From Eledone cirrhosa (Eukaryota), in the NCBI GenBank assembly GCA_964016885.1, contig OZ024743.1, positions 181,040,001-181,104,000 of the forward strand: 64,000 nt of DNA, in the 5' to 3' direction. The notes beneath the pieces are model-generated. The model did not search any database, was not told the DNA's origin, and saw only the letters and a program-made list of their open reading frames with translations. How positions within the stretch are numbered: position 1 is the stretch's first letter; each line of letters begins with the position of its first letter. Of the stretch, positions 30,001-43,456 are shown in pieces. The position numbers and the translations under genes are program-made.

Positions 30001-33000
30001 GAGTACCACTCTTGTTGTGAAACTGATGGAGCCAGTTGTTGGAGTACCACTCTAGTTGTGTCAATGATGCAGCCAGTAGTTGGAGTACCACTCTACTTGT
30101 GCCACTGATGCAGCCAGTCCTTGGGTACCACTCTAGTTGTGCCACTGATGCAGCCTGTTGTTGGAGTACCACTCTAGTTGTACCACTGATGCAGTCAGTT
30201 GTTGGAGTAGCACTCTAGTTGTGCCACTGATGCAGCCAGTCTTTGGGTCCAACTCTAGTTGTGCCACTGATGCAGCCAGTTGTTGCAGTACCAGTCTAGT
30301 TGTGCCATTGATGCAGCCAGTCGTTGGGTACCACTCTAGTTGTCCCACTGATGCAGCCAGTTGTTGGAGTACCACTCTAGTTGTGCCACTGATGCAGTCA
30401 GTTGTTCGAGTACCACTCTAGTTGTGTCACTGATACAGCCAGTTGTTGGAGTACCACTCTATTTGTGTAACTGATGCAGCCAGTTTTTGGAGTAACACTC
30501 TAGTTGTGCCACTGATACAGCCAGTTGTTTGAGTACCACTCTAGTTCTGTCACTGATGCAGCCAGTTGTTGCAGTACCCCTCTAGATGTGCCACTGATGC
30601 AGCCTGTTGTTTCAGTACCACTCTAGTTGTGCCACTGATGCAGCCTGTTGTTGGAGTACAACTCTAGTTGTGCCACTGATGCAGTCAGTTGTTGGATTAC
30701 CACTCTAGTTGTGCCACTGATGCAGCCAGTTATTGGAGTACCACACTAGTTGTGCCACTGATGCAGCCAGTCGTTGGGTACCACTCTAGTTGTGCCACTG
30801 ATGCAGTCAGTTGTTGGAGTACAACTCTAGTTTGGCCACTGATGCAGTCAGTTGTTGAATTACCACTCTAGTTGTGCCACTGATGGAGCCAGTCGTTTTG
30901 TACCACTCTAGTTGTGCCACTGATGCACTCAGTTGTTAGAATACCATTCTAGTTGTGCCACTGATGCAGCCAGTTGTTGGGGTGCCACTCTAGTTGTGCC
31001 AGTGATGCAGCCAGTTGTTGGAGTACCTCTCTAGTTGTGCCACTGATGCAGCCAGTTGTTGGAGTACCACTCTAGTTGTGCCACTGATGCAGCCAGTTGT
31101 TGGAGTACAACTCTAGTTGTACCACTGATGCAGCCAGTCGTTTTGTTCCACTCTAGTTGTGCCACTGATGCAGTCAGTTGTTGGAGTACCACTCTAGTTG
31201 TGCCACTGATGCAGCCAGGTGTTGGAGTACCACTCTAGTTGTGCCACAAATGCACTCAGTTGTTGGAGTACCACTCTAGTTGTGCAACTGATGCAGCCAG
31301 TTGTTGGAGTACCACTCTAGTTGTGCCATTGATGCAGTCAGTTGTTGCAGTACCACTCTAATTGTGCCACTGATGCAGCCAGTTGTTGGAGTACCACTCT
31401 AGTTGTGCCACTGATACAGCCAGTTGTTGGAGTACCACTCTAGTTGTGTCACTGTTGCAGCCAGTTGTTGCAGTACCACTCTAGTTGTGCCACTGATGCA
31501 GCCAGTTGTTGGAGTACCACTCTAGTTGTGTCACTCATGCAGTCAGTTGTTGGAGTACCACTCTAGTTGTGCCACTGATGCAGCCAGTTGTTGGAGTACC
31601 TATCTAGTTGTGCCACTCATGCAGTCAGTTTTGGGAGTACCACTCTGGTTGTGTCACTGATGCAGCCAGTTGTTGGAGTACCACTCTAGTTGTGCCACTG
31701 ATGCAGCCAGTCTTTGGGTACCACTCTAGTTGTGCCACTGATGCAGCCAGTTGTTCGAGTACCACTCTAGTTATGCCACTGATGCAGTCAGTTATTCGAG
31801 TACCACTCTAGTTGTGTCACTGATGGAGCCAGTCCTTGGGTACCACTCTAGTTGTGCCACTGATGCAGCCAGTTGTTGGAGTACCACTCTAGTTGTACCA
31901 CTGATGCAGTCAGTTGTTGGAGTACCACTCTATTTGTGTCACTGATGCAGCCAGTTTTTGGAGTAACACTCTAGTTGTGCCACTGAGGCAGCCAGTTGTT
32001 GGAGTACGACTCTAGTTGTGTCACTGATGCAGCCAGTTGTTGGAGTACCACTCTAGTTGTGCCACTGATGCAGCCAGTTGTTGGAGTACCAATCTAGTTG
32101 TGCCACTGATGCAGCTAGTTTTTGGAGTACCACTCTAGTTGTGCCACTCATGCAGTCAGTTGTTGGAGTACCACTCTAGTTGTGCCACTGATGCAGCCAG
32201 TTGTTGGAGTACCACTCTAGATGTGTCACTGAAGCAGCCAGTCGTTGGGTACCACTCTAGTCGTGCCACTGATGCAGCCTGTTGTTGGAGTACCATTCAA
32301 GTTGTGCCACTGATGCAGTCAGTTGTTGGAGTACCACTCTAGTTGTGCCACTGATGCAGCCAGTTGTTGGAGTACCACTCTAGTTGTGTCACTGATGCAA
32401 TCAGTTGCTGGAGTACCACTCTAATTGTGCAACTGCTGCAGCCAGTTGTTTGAGTACCACTCTAGTTGTGCCACTGATGCAGCCAGTTGTTGGAGTACCA
32501 CTCTAGTTGTGCCACTGATGCAGCCAGTTGTTGGAGTACCACTCTAGTTGTGCCACTGATGCAGCCAGGTGTTACAGTACCACTCTAGTTGTGTCAATGA
32601 TGCAGCCAGCTGTTGGAGTACCACTCTAGTTGTGTCACTGATGCAGCCAGTCTTTGGGTACCACTCTAGTTGTGCCACTGATACAGCCAGTTGTTGGAAT
32701 ACCACTCTAGTTGTGTCACTGATGCAGCCATTTGTTGGAGTACCACTTTAGTTGTACCACTGATGCAGCCAGTTGTTGAAGTACCACTCTAGATGTGCCA
32801 CTGATGCAGCCAGTCGTTGGGTACCACACTAGTTGTTCCACTGATGCAGCCTGTTGTTGGAGCACCACTCTAGTTGTGCCACTGATGCAGTCAATTGTTG
32901 GAGTACCACTCTAGTTGTGCCACAAATGCACTCAGTTGTTGGAGTACCACTCTAGTTGTGCAACTGATGCAGCCATTTGTTGGCGTACCACTCTAGTTGT

Positions 33001-36000
33001 GCCATTGATGCAGTCAGTTGTTGGAGTACCACTCTAGTTGTGCCACTGATGCAGCCAGTTGTTGGAGTACCACTCTAGTTGTGTCACTAATGCAGCCAGT
33101 TGTTGGAGTACCACTCAATTGTGCCACTGATGCAGCCAGTTGTTAGAGTACCACTCTAGTTATGCCACTGATGCAGCCAGTTGTTGGAGTACCACTCTAG
33201 TTGTGCAACTGATACAGCCAGTCTTTGGGTACCACTCTAGTTGTGCCACTGACACAGCCAGTTGTTGGAGTACCACTCTAGTTGTGCAACTGATGCAGCC
33301 AGTTGCTGGAGTACCACTCTAGTTGTGTAACTGATGCAGCCAGTTGTTGGAGTACCACTCTAGTTGTGCGACTGATGCAGCCAGTTGTTGGAGTACCACT
33401 CTAGTTGTGCCACTGATGCAGTCAGTTGTTGGAGTACCATTCTAGTTGTGCCACTGATGCAGCCAGTCGTTGGAGTACCACTCTAGTTGTGCCACTGATG
33501 CAGCCAGTTGTTCGAGTACCACTCTAGTTGTGCCACTGATGCAGTCAGTTGTTCGAGTACCACTCTAGTTGTGTCACTGATACAGCCAGTTGTTGGAGTA
33601 CCACTCTATTTGTGTCACAGATGCAGCCAGTTTTTGGAGTAACACTCTAGTTGTGCCACTGAGGCAGCCAGTTGTTGGAGTACCACTCTAGTTGTGCAAC
33701 TGATGCAGCCAGTTGTTGGAGTACCACTCTAGTTGTGCCACTGATGCAGCCAGTTGTTGGAGTACCACTCTAGTTGTGCCACTGATACAGCCAGTCTTTG
33801 TGTACCACTCTAGTTGTGCCACTGATACAGCCAGTTGTTGGAGTACCACTCTAGTTGTGCAACTGCTGCAGCCAGTTGCTGGAGTACCACTCTAGTTGTG
33901 TCACTGATGCAGCCAGTTGTTGGAGTACCACTCTAGTTGTGCCACTGATGCAGCCAGTTGTTGGTGTACCACTCTAGGTGTGTCACTGATGCAGCCAGTT
34001 GTTGGAGTACCACTCTAGTTGTGCCACTGATGCAGCCAGTTGTTGGAGTACCATTCTAGTTGTGCCACTGATGCAGTCAGTTGTTGGAGTACCACTCTAA
34101 TTGTGCCCCTGATGCAGCCAGTTGTTGGAGTACCACTCTAGTTGTGCCACTGATACAGCCAGTCTTTGGGTACCACTCTAGTTGTGCCACTGATACAGCC
34201 AGTTGTTGGAGTACCACTGTAGTTGTGCAACTGATGCAGCCAGTTGCTGGAGTACCACTCTATTTGTGTCACTGATGCAGCCAGTTGTTGGAGTACCACT
34301 CTAGTTGTGTCACTGATGCAGACAGTTGTTGGAGTACCACTCTAGTTGTGCGACTGATGCAGCCAGTTGTTGGAGTATCACTCTAGTTGTGCCACTGATG
34401 CAGTCAGTTGTTGGAGTACCACTCTAGTTGTGCCCCTGATGCAGCCAGTTGTTGGAGTACCACTCTAGTTGTGCCGCTGATGCAGCCAGTCGTTGAGTAC
34501 CACTCTAGTTGTGCCACTGATGTAGCCTGTTGTTTCAGTACCACTCTAGTTGTGCCACTGATGCAGTCAGTTGTTGGAGTACCACTCTAGTTGTGCCACA
34601 AATGCCTCTCAGTTGTTGGATTACCACTCTAGTTGTGCCACTGATGAAGCCAGTTGTTGGAGTACCACTCTAGTTGTGCCACTGATGCAGCCAGTCGTTG
34701 GGTACCACTCTAGTTGTGCCACTGATGCAGCCTGTTGTTGGAGTACAACTCTAGTTGTGCCACTGATGCAGTCAGTTGTTGGATTACCACTCTAGTTGTG
34801 CCACTGATGCAGCCAGTTATTGGAGTACCACTCTAGTTGTGCCACTGATGCAGCCAGTCGTTGGGTACCACTCTAGTTGTGCCACTGATGCAGTCAGTTG
34901 TTGGAGTACAACTCTAGTTGTGCCACTGATGCAGTCAGTTGTTGGATTACCACTCTAGGTGTGCCACTGATGGAGCCAGTCGTTTTGTACCACTCTAGTT
35001 GTGCCACTGATGCACTCAGTTGTTAGAATACCATTCTAGTTGTGCCACTGATGCAGCCAGTTGTTGGGGTGCCACTCTAGTTGTGCCACTGATGCAGCCA
35101 GTTGTTGGAGTACCTCTCTAGTTGTGCCACTGATGCTGCCAGTTGTTGGAGTACCACTCTAGTTGTGCCACTGATGCAGCCAGTTGTTGGAGTACAACTC
35201 TAGTTGTGCCACTGATGCAGCCAGTCGTTTTGTTCCAATCTAGTTGTGCCACTGATGCAGTCAGTTGTTGGAGTACCACTCTAGTTGTGCCACTGATGCA
35301 GCCAGGTGTTGGAGTACCACTCTAGTTGTGTCACTGATGCAGCCAGTTGTTGGAGTACCACTGTAGTTGTGTCACTGATGCAGCCAGTCTTTGGGTACCA
35401 CTCTAGTTGTGCCACTGATACAGTCAGTTGTTGCAGTACCACTCTAGTTGTGCCACAGATGTAGCCAGTTGTTGGAGTACCACTCAAGTTGTGCCACTAA
35501 TGCAGCCAGTCGTTGGTTACCATTCTAGTTGTTCCACTGATGCGGCGTGTTGTTGGAGCACCACTCTAGTTGTGCCACTGATGCAGGCAATTGTTGGACT
35601 ACCACTCTAGTTGTGCCACAAATGCACTCAGTTTTTGGAGTACCACTCTAGTTGTGCAACTGATGCAGCCAGTTGTTGGAGTACCACTCTAGTTGTGCCA
35701 CTGATGCAGCCAGTTGTTGGAGTACCACTCTAGTTGTGCCACTGATGCTGCCAGTTGTTGGAGTACCACTCTAGTTGTGCCACTGATGCAGCCAGTCTGT
35801 GGGTACCACTCTAGTTGTGCCACTGATACAGCCAGTTGTTGGAATACCACTCTAGTTTTGCCACAGATGTAGCCACTTGTTGGAGTACCACTCTAGTTGT
35901 GCCGCTGATGCAGCCAGTTGTTGGAGTACCACTCTAGTTGTGCGACTGATGCCGTCAATTGTTGGAGTACCACTCTAGTTGTGCCACAAATGCACTCAGT

Positions 36001-39000
36001 TGTTGGAGTACCATTCTAGTTGTGCCACTGATGCAGCCAGTTGTTGGGGTGCCACTCTAGTTGTGCCACTGATGCAGCCAGTTGTTGGAGTACCTCTCTA
36101 GTTGTGCCACTGATGCAGCCACTTGTTGGAGTACCACTCTAGTTGTGCCACTGATGCAGTCAATTGTTGGAGTACCACTCTAGTTGTGCCACAAATGCAC
36201 TCAGTTGTTGGAGTACCACTCTAGTTGTGCAACTGATGCAGCCAGTTGTTGGAGTACCACTCTAGTTGTGCCATTGATGCAGTCAGTTGTTGCAGTACCA
36301 CTCTAATTGTGCCACTGATGCAGCCAGTTGTTGGAGTACCACTCTAGTTGTGCCACTGATACAGCCAGTTGTTGGAGTACCACTCTAGTTGTGTCACTGT
36401 TGCAGCCAGTTGTTGCAGTACCACTCTAGTTGTGCCACTGATGCAGCCAGTTGTTGGAGTACCACTCTAGTTGTGTCACTCATGCAGTCAGTTGTTGGAG
36501 TACCACTCTAGTTGTGCCACTGATGCAGCCAGTTGTTGGAGTACCTATCTAGTTGTGCCACTCATGCAGTCAGTTTTGGGAGTACCACTCTGGTTGTGTC
36601 ACTGATGCAGCCAGTTGTTGGAGTACCACTCTAGTTGTGCCACTGATGCAGCCAGTCTTTGGGTACCACTCTAGTTGTGCCACTGATGCAGCCAGTTGTT
36701 CGAGTACCACTCTAGTTATGCCACTGATGCAGTCAGTTATTCGAGTACCACTCTAGTTGTGTCACTGATGCAGCCAGTCCTTGGGTACCACTCTAGTTGT
36801 GCCACTGATGCAGCCAGTTGTTGGAGTACCACTCTAGTTGTACCACTGATGCAGTCAGTTGTTGGAGTACCACTCTATTTGTGTCACTGATGCAGCCAGT
36901 TTTTGGAGTAACACTCTAGTTGTGCCACTGAGGCAGCCAGTTGTTGGAGTACGACTCTAGTTGTGTCACTGATGCAGCCAGTTGTTGGAGTACCACTCTA
37001 GTTGTGCCACTGAGGCAGCCAGTTGTTGGAGTACCACGCTTGTTGTGAAACTGATGGAGCCAGTTGTTGGAGTACCACTCTAGTTGTACCACTGATGCAG
37101 TCAGTTGTTGGAGTACCACTCTAGTTGTGCCACTGATGCAGCCAGTCTTTGGGTACCACTCTAGTTGTGCCACTGATGCAGCCAGTTGTTGGAGTACCAC
37201 TCTAGTTGTACCACTGATGCAGTCAGTTGTTGGAGTACCAATCTAGTTGTGCCACTGATGCAGCCAGTTGTTGGAGTGCCACTCTAATTGTGCCACTGAT
37301 GCAGTCAGTTGTTGGAGTACCACTCTAGTTGTGCCACTCATGCAGTCAGTTGTTGGAGTACCACTCTAGTTGTGTCAATGATGCAGCCAGTAGTTGGAGT
37401 ACCACGCTACTTGTGCCACTGATGCAGCCAGTCCTTGGGTACCACTCTAGTTGTGCCACTCATGTAGTCAGTTGTTGGAGTACCACTCTAGTTGTGTCAA
37501 TGATGCAGCCATTTGTTGGAGTACCACTCTAGTTGTGCCATTGATGCAGTCAGTTGTTGGAGTACCACTCTAGTTGTGCCACTGATACAGCCAGTTGTTG
37601 AAGTACCACTCTAGTTGTGCCACTGATGCAGCCAGTTGTTGGAGTACCACTCTAGTTGTGCCACTGATGCAGCCAGTTGTTGGAGAACCACTCTAGTTGT
37701 GCCACTGATGCAGCCAGGTGTTGGAGTAGCACTCTAGTTGTGTCACTGATGCAGCCAGTTGTTGGAGTACCATTCTAGTTGTGCCACTGATGCAGCCAAT
37801 CTTTGGGTACCACTCTAGTTGTGCCACTGATACAGCCAGTTGTTGGAATACCACTCTAGTTGTGCCACAGATGTAGCCAGTTGTTGGAGTACCACTCTAG
37901 TTGTGCCACTGATGCAGCCAGTTGTTGGAGTACCACTCTAGTTGTGCAACAGATGCAGCCTGTTGTTGGAGCACCACTCTAGTTGTGCCTCTGATGCAGT
38001 CAATTGTTGGAGTACCACTCTAGTTGTGCCACAAATGCACTCAGTTGTTGGAGTACCACTCTATTTGTGCAACTGATGCAGCCATTTGTTGGAGTACCAC
38101 TCTAGTTATGCCACTGATGTAGCCAGTTGTTGGAGTACCACTCTAGTTGTGTCACTGATGCAGCCAGTTGTTGGAGTACCACTATAGTTGTGCCACTCAT
38201 GCAGCCAGTTGTTGGAGTACCACTCTAGTCGTGCCACTGATGCAGCCAGTTGTTGGAGTACAACTCTAATTGTGCCACAGATGCAGCCAGTTGTTGGAGT
38301 ACCACTCTAGTTGTGCCACTGATGCAGTCAGTTGTTGGAGTACCACTCTAGTTGTACCACTGATACAGCCAGTTGTTTGAGTACCACTCTAGTTCTGTCA
38401 CTGATGCAGCCAGTTGTTGCAGTACCCCTCTAGATGTGCCACTGATGCAGCCAGTTGTTGGAGTACCACTCTAGTTGTGTCACTCATGCAGTCAGTTGTT
38501 GGAGTACCACTCTAGTTGTGCCACTGATGCAGCCAGTTGTTGGAGTACCACTCTAGTTGTGCCACTGATGCAGTCAGTTTTTGGAGTACCACTCTAGTTG
38601 TGTCACTGATGCAGCCAGTTGTTGGAGTACCACTCTAGTTGTGCCACTGATGCAGCCAGTCTTTGGGTACCACTCTAGTTGTGCCACTGATGCAGCCAGT
38701 TGTTCGAGTACCACTCTAGTTGTGCCACTGATGCAGTCAGTTGTTCGTGTACCACTCTAGTTGTGTCACTGATACAGCCAGTTGATGGAGTACCACTCTA
38801 TTTGTGTCACTGTTGCAGCCAGTTTTTGGAGTAACACTCTAGTTGTGCCACTGAGGCAGCCAGTTGTTGGAGTACCACTCTAGTTGTGTCACTGATGCAG
38901 CCAGTTTTTGGAGTACCACTCTTGTTGTGAAACTGATGGAGCCAGTTGTTGGAGTACCACTCTAGTTGTGTCAATGATGCAGCCAGTAGTTGGAGTACCA

Positions 39001-42000
39001 CTCTACTTGTGCCACTGATGCAGCCAGTCCTTGGGTACCACTCTAGTTGTGCCACTGATGCAGCCTGTTGTTGGAGTACCACTCTAGTTGTACCACTGAT
39101 GCAGTCAGTTGTTGGAGTAGCACTCTAGTTGTGCCACTGATGCAGCCAGTCTTTGGGTCCAACTCTAGTTGTCCCACTGATGCAGCCAGTTGTTGGAGTA
39201 CCACTCTAGTTGTGCCACTGATGCAGTCAGTTGTTCGAGTACCACTCTAGTTGTGTCACTGATACAGCCAGTTGTTGGAGTACCACTCTATTTGTGTAAC
39301 TGATGCAGCCAGTTTTTGGAGTAACACTCTAGTTGTGCCACTGAGGCAGCCAGTTGTTGGAGTACCACTCTAGTTGTGTCACTGATGCAGCCAGTTGTTG
39401 GAGTACCACTCTTGTTGTGAAACTGATGGAGCCAGTTGTTGGAGTACCACTCTAGTTGTGTCAATGATGCAGCCAGTAGTTGGAGTACCACTCTACTTGT
39501 GCCACTGGTGCAGCCCGTCCTTGGGTACCACTCTAGTTGTGCCACTGATGCAGCCAGTTGTTGGAGTACCACTCTAGTTGTACCACTGATGCAGTCAGTT
39601 GTTGGAGTACCACTCTAGTTGTGCCACTGATGCAGCCAGTCTTTGGGTCCAACTCTAGTTGTGCCACTGATGCAGCCAGTTGTTGCAGTACCAGTCTAGT
39701 TGTGCCATTGATGCAGCCAGTCGTTGGGTACCACTCTAGTTGTCCCACTGATGCAGCCAGTTGTTGGAGTACCACTCTAGTTGTGCCACTGATGCAGCCA
39801 GTTGTTCGAGTACCACTCTAGTTGTGCCACTGATGCAGTCAGTTGTTCGTGTACCACTCTAGTTGTGTCACTGATACAGCCAGTTGATGGAGTACCACTC
39901 TATTTGTGTCACTGTTGCAGCCAGTTTTTGGAGTAACACTCTAGTTGTGCCACTGAGGCAGCCAGTTGTTGGAGTACCACTCTAGTTGTGTCACTGATGC
40001 AGCCAGTTTTTGGAGTACCACTCTTGTTGTGAAACTGATGGAGCCAGTTGTTGGAGTACCACTCTAGTTGTGTCAATGATGCAGCCAGTAGTTGGAGTAC
40101 CACTCTACTTGTGCCACTGATGCAGCCAGTCCTTGGGTACCACTCTAGTTGTGCCACTGATGCAGCCAGTTGTTGGAGTACCACTCTAGTTGTACCACTG
40201 ATGCAGTCAGTTGTTGGAGTAGCACTCTAGTTGTGCCACTGATGCAGCCAGTCTTTGGGTCGAACTCTAGTTGTGCCACTGATGCAGCCAGTTGTTGCAG
40301 TACCAGTCTAGTTGTGCCATCGATGCAGCCAGTCGTTGGGTACCACTCTAGTTGTCCCACTGATGCAGCCAGTTGTTGGAGTACCACTCTAGTTGTGCCA
40401 CTGATGCAGTCAGTTGTTCGAGTACCACTCTAGTTGTGTCACTGATACAGCCAGTTGTTGGAGTACCACTCTATTTGAGTAACTGATGCAGCCAGTTTTT
40501 GGAGTAACACTCTAGTTGTGCCACTGAGGCAGCCAGTTGTTGGAGTACCACTCTAGTTGTGTCACTGATGCAGCCAGTTGTTGGAGTACCACTCTTGTTG
40601 TGAAACTGATGGAGCCAGTTGTTGGAGTACCACTCTAGTTGTGTCAATGATGCAGCCAGTAGTTGGAGTACCACTCTACTTGTGCCACTGGTGCAGCCCG
40701 TCCTTGGGTACCACTCTAGTTGTGCCACTGATGCAGCCAGTTGTTGGAGTACCACTCTAGTTGTACCACTGATGCAGTCAGTTGTTGGAGTACCACTCTA
40801 GTTGTGCCACTGATGCAGCCAGTCTTTGGGTCCAACTCTAGTTGTGCCACTGATGCAGCCAGTTGTTGCAGTACCAGTCTAGTTGTGCCATTGATGCAGC
40901 CAGTCGTTGGGTACCACTCTAGTTGTCCCACTGATGCAGCCAGTTGTTGGAGTACCACTCTAGTTGTGCCACTGATGCAGCCAGTTGATGGAGTACCACT
41001 CTAGTTGTGCCACTGATGCAGCCAGTTGTTGTAGTACCACTCTAATTGTGCCACTGATGCAGTCAGTTGTTGGAGTACCACTCTAGTTGTGTCACTGATA
41101 CGGCCAGTTGTTGGAGTACCACTCTAGTTGTGTCACTGATGTAGCCAGTTGTTGGAGTACCACTCTAGTTGTGCCACTGATGCAGCCAGTTGTTGTAGTA
41201 CCACTCTAATTGTGCCACTGATGCAGTCAGTTGTTGGAGTACCACTCTAGTTGTGTCACTGATACGGCCAGTTGTTGGAGTGCCACACTAGTTGTGTCAC
41301 TGATGTAGCCAGTTGTTGGAGTACCACTCTAGTAGTGCCACTGATGGAATCAGTTTTTGGAGTACCTCTCTAGTTGTGCACTGATGCAGTCAGTTGTTGG
41401 AGTACCACTCTAGTTGTGCCACTGGTGCAGCCAGTCGTTGGGGTGCCACTCTAGTTGTGCCACTGATGCAGTCAGTTCTTGGCGTACCACTCTAGTTGTG
41501 CCACTGATGCGGCCAGTTGTTGGAGTACCACACTAGTTGTGCCACTGATGGAACCAGTTTTTGGAGTACCACTCTAGTTGTGCACTGATGCAGTCAGTTG
41601 TTGGAGTACTACTCTAGTTGTGCCACTCATGCAGCCAGTTGTTGAAGTACCACTCTAGTTGTGCCACTGATGCAGCCAGTCGTTTTGTACCACTCTAGTT
41701 GTGCCACTGATGCAGTCAGTTGTTAGAGTACCACTCTAGTCGTGCCACTGATGCAGCCAGTTGTTGGGGTGCCAGTCTAGTTGTGCCACTGATGCAGCCA
41801 GTTGTTGGAGTACCTCTCTAGTTGTGCCACTGATGCAGCCAGTTGTTGGAGTACCACTCTAGTTGTGCCACTGATGCAGCCAGTTGTTGGAGTACAACTC
41901 TAGTTGTGCCACTGATGCAGCCAGTCGTTTTGTACCACTCTAGTTGTGCCACTGATGCAGTCAGTTGTTAGAGTACCACTCTAGTCGTGCCACTGATGCA

Positions 42001-43456
42001 GGCAGTTGTTGGAGTACCACTCTAGTTGTTCCACTGATGCAGTCAGTTGTTAGAGTACCACTCTAGTCGTGCCACTGATGCAGGCAGTTGTTGGAGTACC
42101 ACTCTAGTTGTGCCACTGATGCAGTCAGTTGTTAGAGTACCACTCTAGTTGTGGCACTGATACAGCCAGTTGTTGGAGTACCACTCTAGTTGTGCCACTG
42201 ATACAGCCAGTTGTTGGAGTACCACTCTAGTTGTGCCACTGATGCAGCCAGTTGTTGGAGTACCACTCTAGTTGTGCCACTGATGCAGTCAGTTGTTGGA
42301 GTACCACTCTAGTTGTGCCACTGAGGCAGCCAGTTGTTGGAGTACCACTCTAGTTATGCCCTGATGCAGCCAGTTGTTGGAGTACCACTCTAGTTGTGCT
42401 ACTGATGCAGTTAGTTGTTGGAGTACCACTCTAGTTGTGCCACTGAGGCAGCCAGTTGTTGGAGTACCACTCTAGTTATGCCCTGATGCAGCCAGTTGTT
42501 GGAGTACCACTCTAGTTGTGTCACTGATGCAGTCAGTTGTTGGAGTACCACTCTAGTTGTGCCCTGATGCAGCCAGTTGCTGGAGTACCACTCTAGTTGT
42601 GTCACTGATGCAGTCAGTTGTTGGAGTACCACTCTAGTTGTGCCACTGAGGCAGCCAGTTGTTGGAGAACCACTCTAGTTGTGCCACTGATGCAGCCAGT
42701 TGTTGGAGTACCACTCTAGTTGTGCCACTGATACAGCCAGTTGTTGGAGAACCACTCTAGTTGTGCCACTGATGCAGCCAGTTGTTGGAGTACCACTCTA
42801 GTTGTGCCACTGATGCAGCCAGTTGTTGGAGTACCACTCTAGTTGTGTCACTGATGCAGCCAGTTGTTGGAGTACCACTCTAGTTGTGTCACTGATGCAG
42901 TCAGTTGTTGGAGTACCACTCTAGTTGTGCCACTGATGGAACCAGTTGTTGGAGTACCACTCTAGTTGTGCCACTGATGCAGCCAGTTGTTGGAGTACCA
43001 CTCTAGTTGTGCCACTGATGCAGCCAGTTGTTGGAGTACCACTCTAGTTGTGCCACTGATACAGCCAGTTGTTGGAGAACCACTCTAGTTGTGCCACTGA
43101 TGCAGCCTGTTGTTGGAGTACCACTCTAGTTGTGTCACTGATGCAGTCAGTTGTTGGAGTACCACTCTATTTGTGCCACTGATGCAGCCAGTCGTTGGGG
43201 TGCCACTCTAGTTGAGCCACTGATACAGCCAGTCGTTGGAGTACCACTCTAGTTGTGTCACTGATATAGCCAGTTGCTGGAATGCCACTCTAAATGTGCC
43301 ACTGATGCTGCCAGTCGTTGGAGTACCACTCTATTTGTGCCACTGATGCAGCCAGTCGTTGGGGTGCCACTCTAGTTGTGCCACTGATGCAGCCAGTCGT
43401 TGGGATGCCACTCTATATGTGCCACTGGACTAACCTTTCTTTGGGGTTCCACTATA
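1..43456. repeat. Tandem satellite DNA array, 41-bp monomer with recurrent 40-bp variant, higher-order structure; open at the left window edge
   Basis: Continuous head-to-tail copies of GGAGTACCACTCTAGTTGTGCCACTGATGCAGCCAGTTGTT with point variants. The 40-bp variants read GTCGTTGGGTACC or GTCTTTGGGTACC. No spacers. The last degenerate unit (TTGGGGTTCCACTATA at 43441) lies 41 bp after TTGGGATGCCACTCTA at 43400. Confidence 0.99.

Noticed and set aside
1-43456. CRISPR array
   Set aside because: Repeats are contiguous with no unique spacers, there are no cas genes, and the context is eukaryotic.
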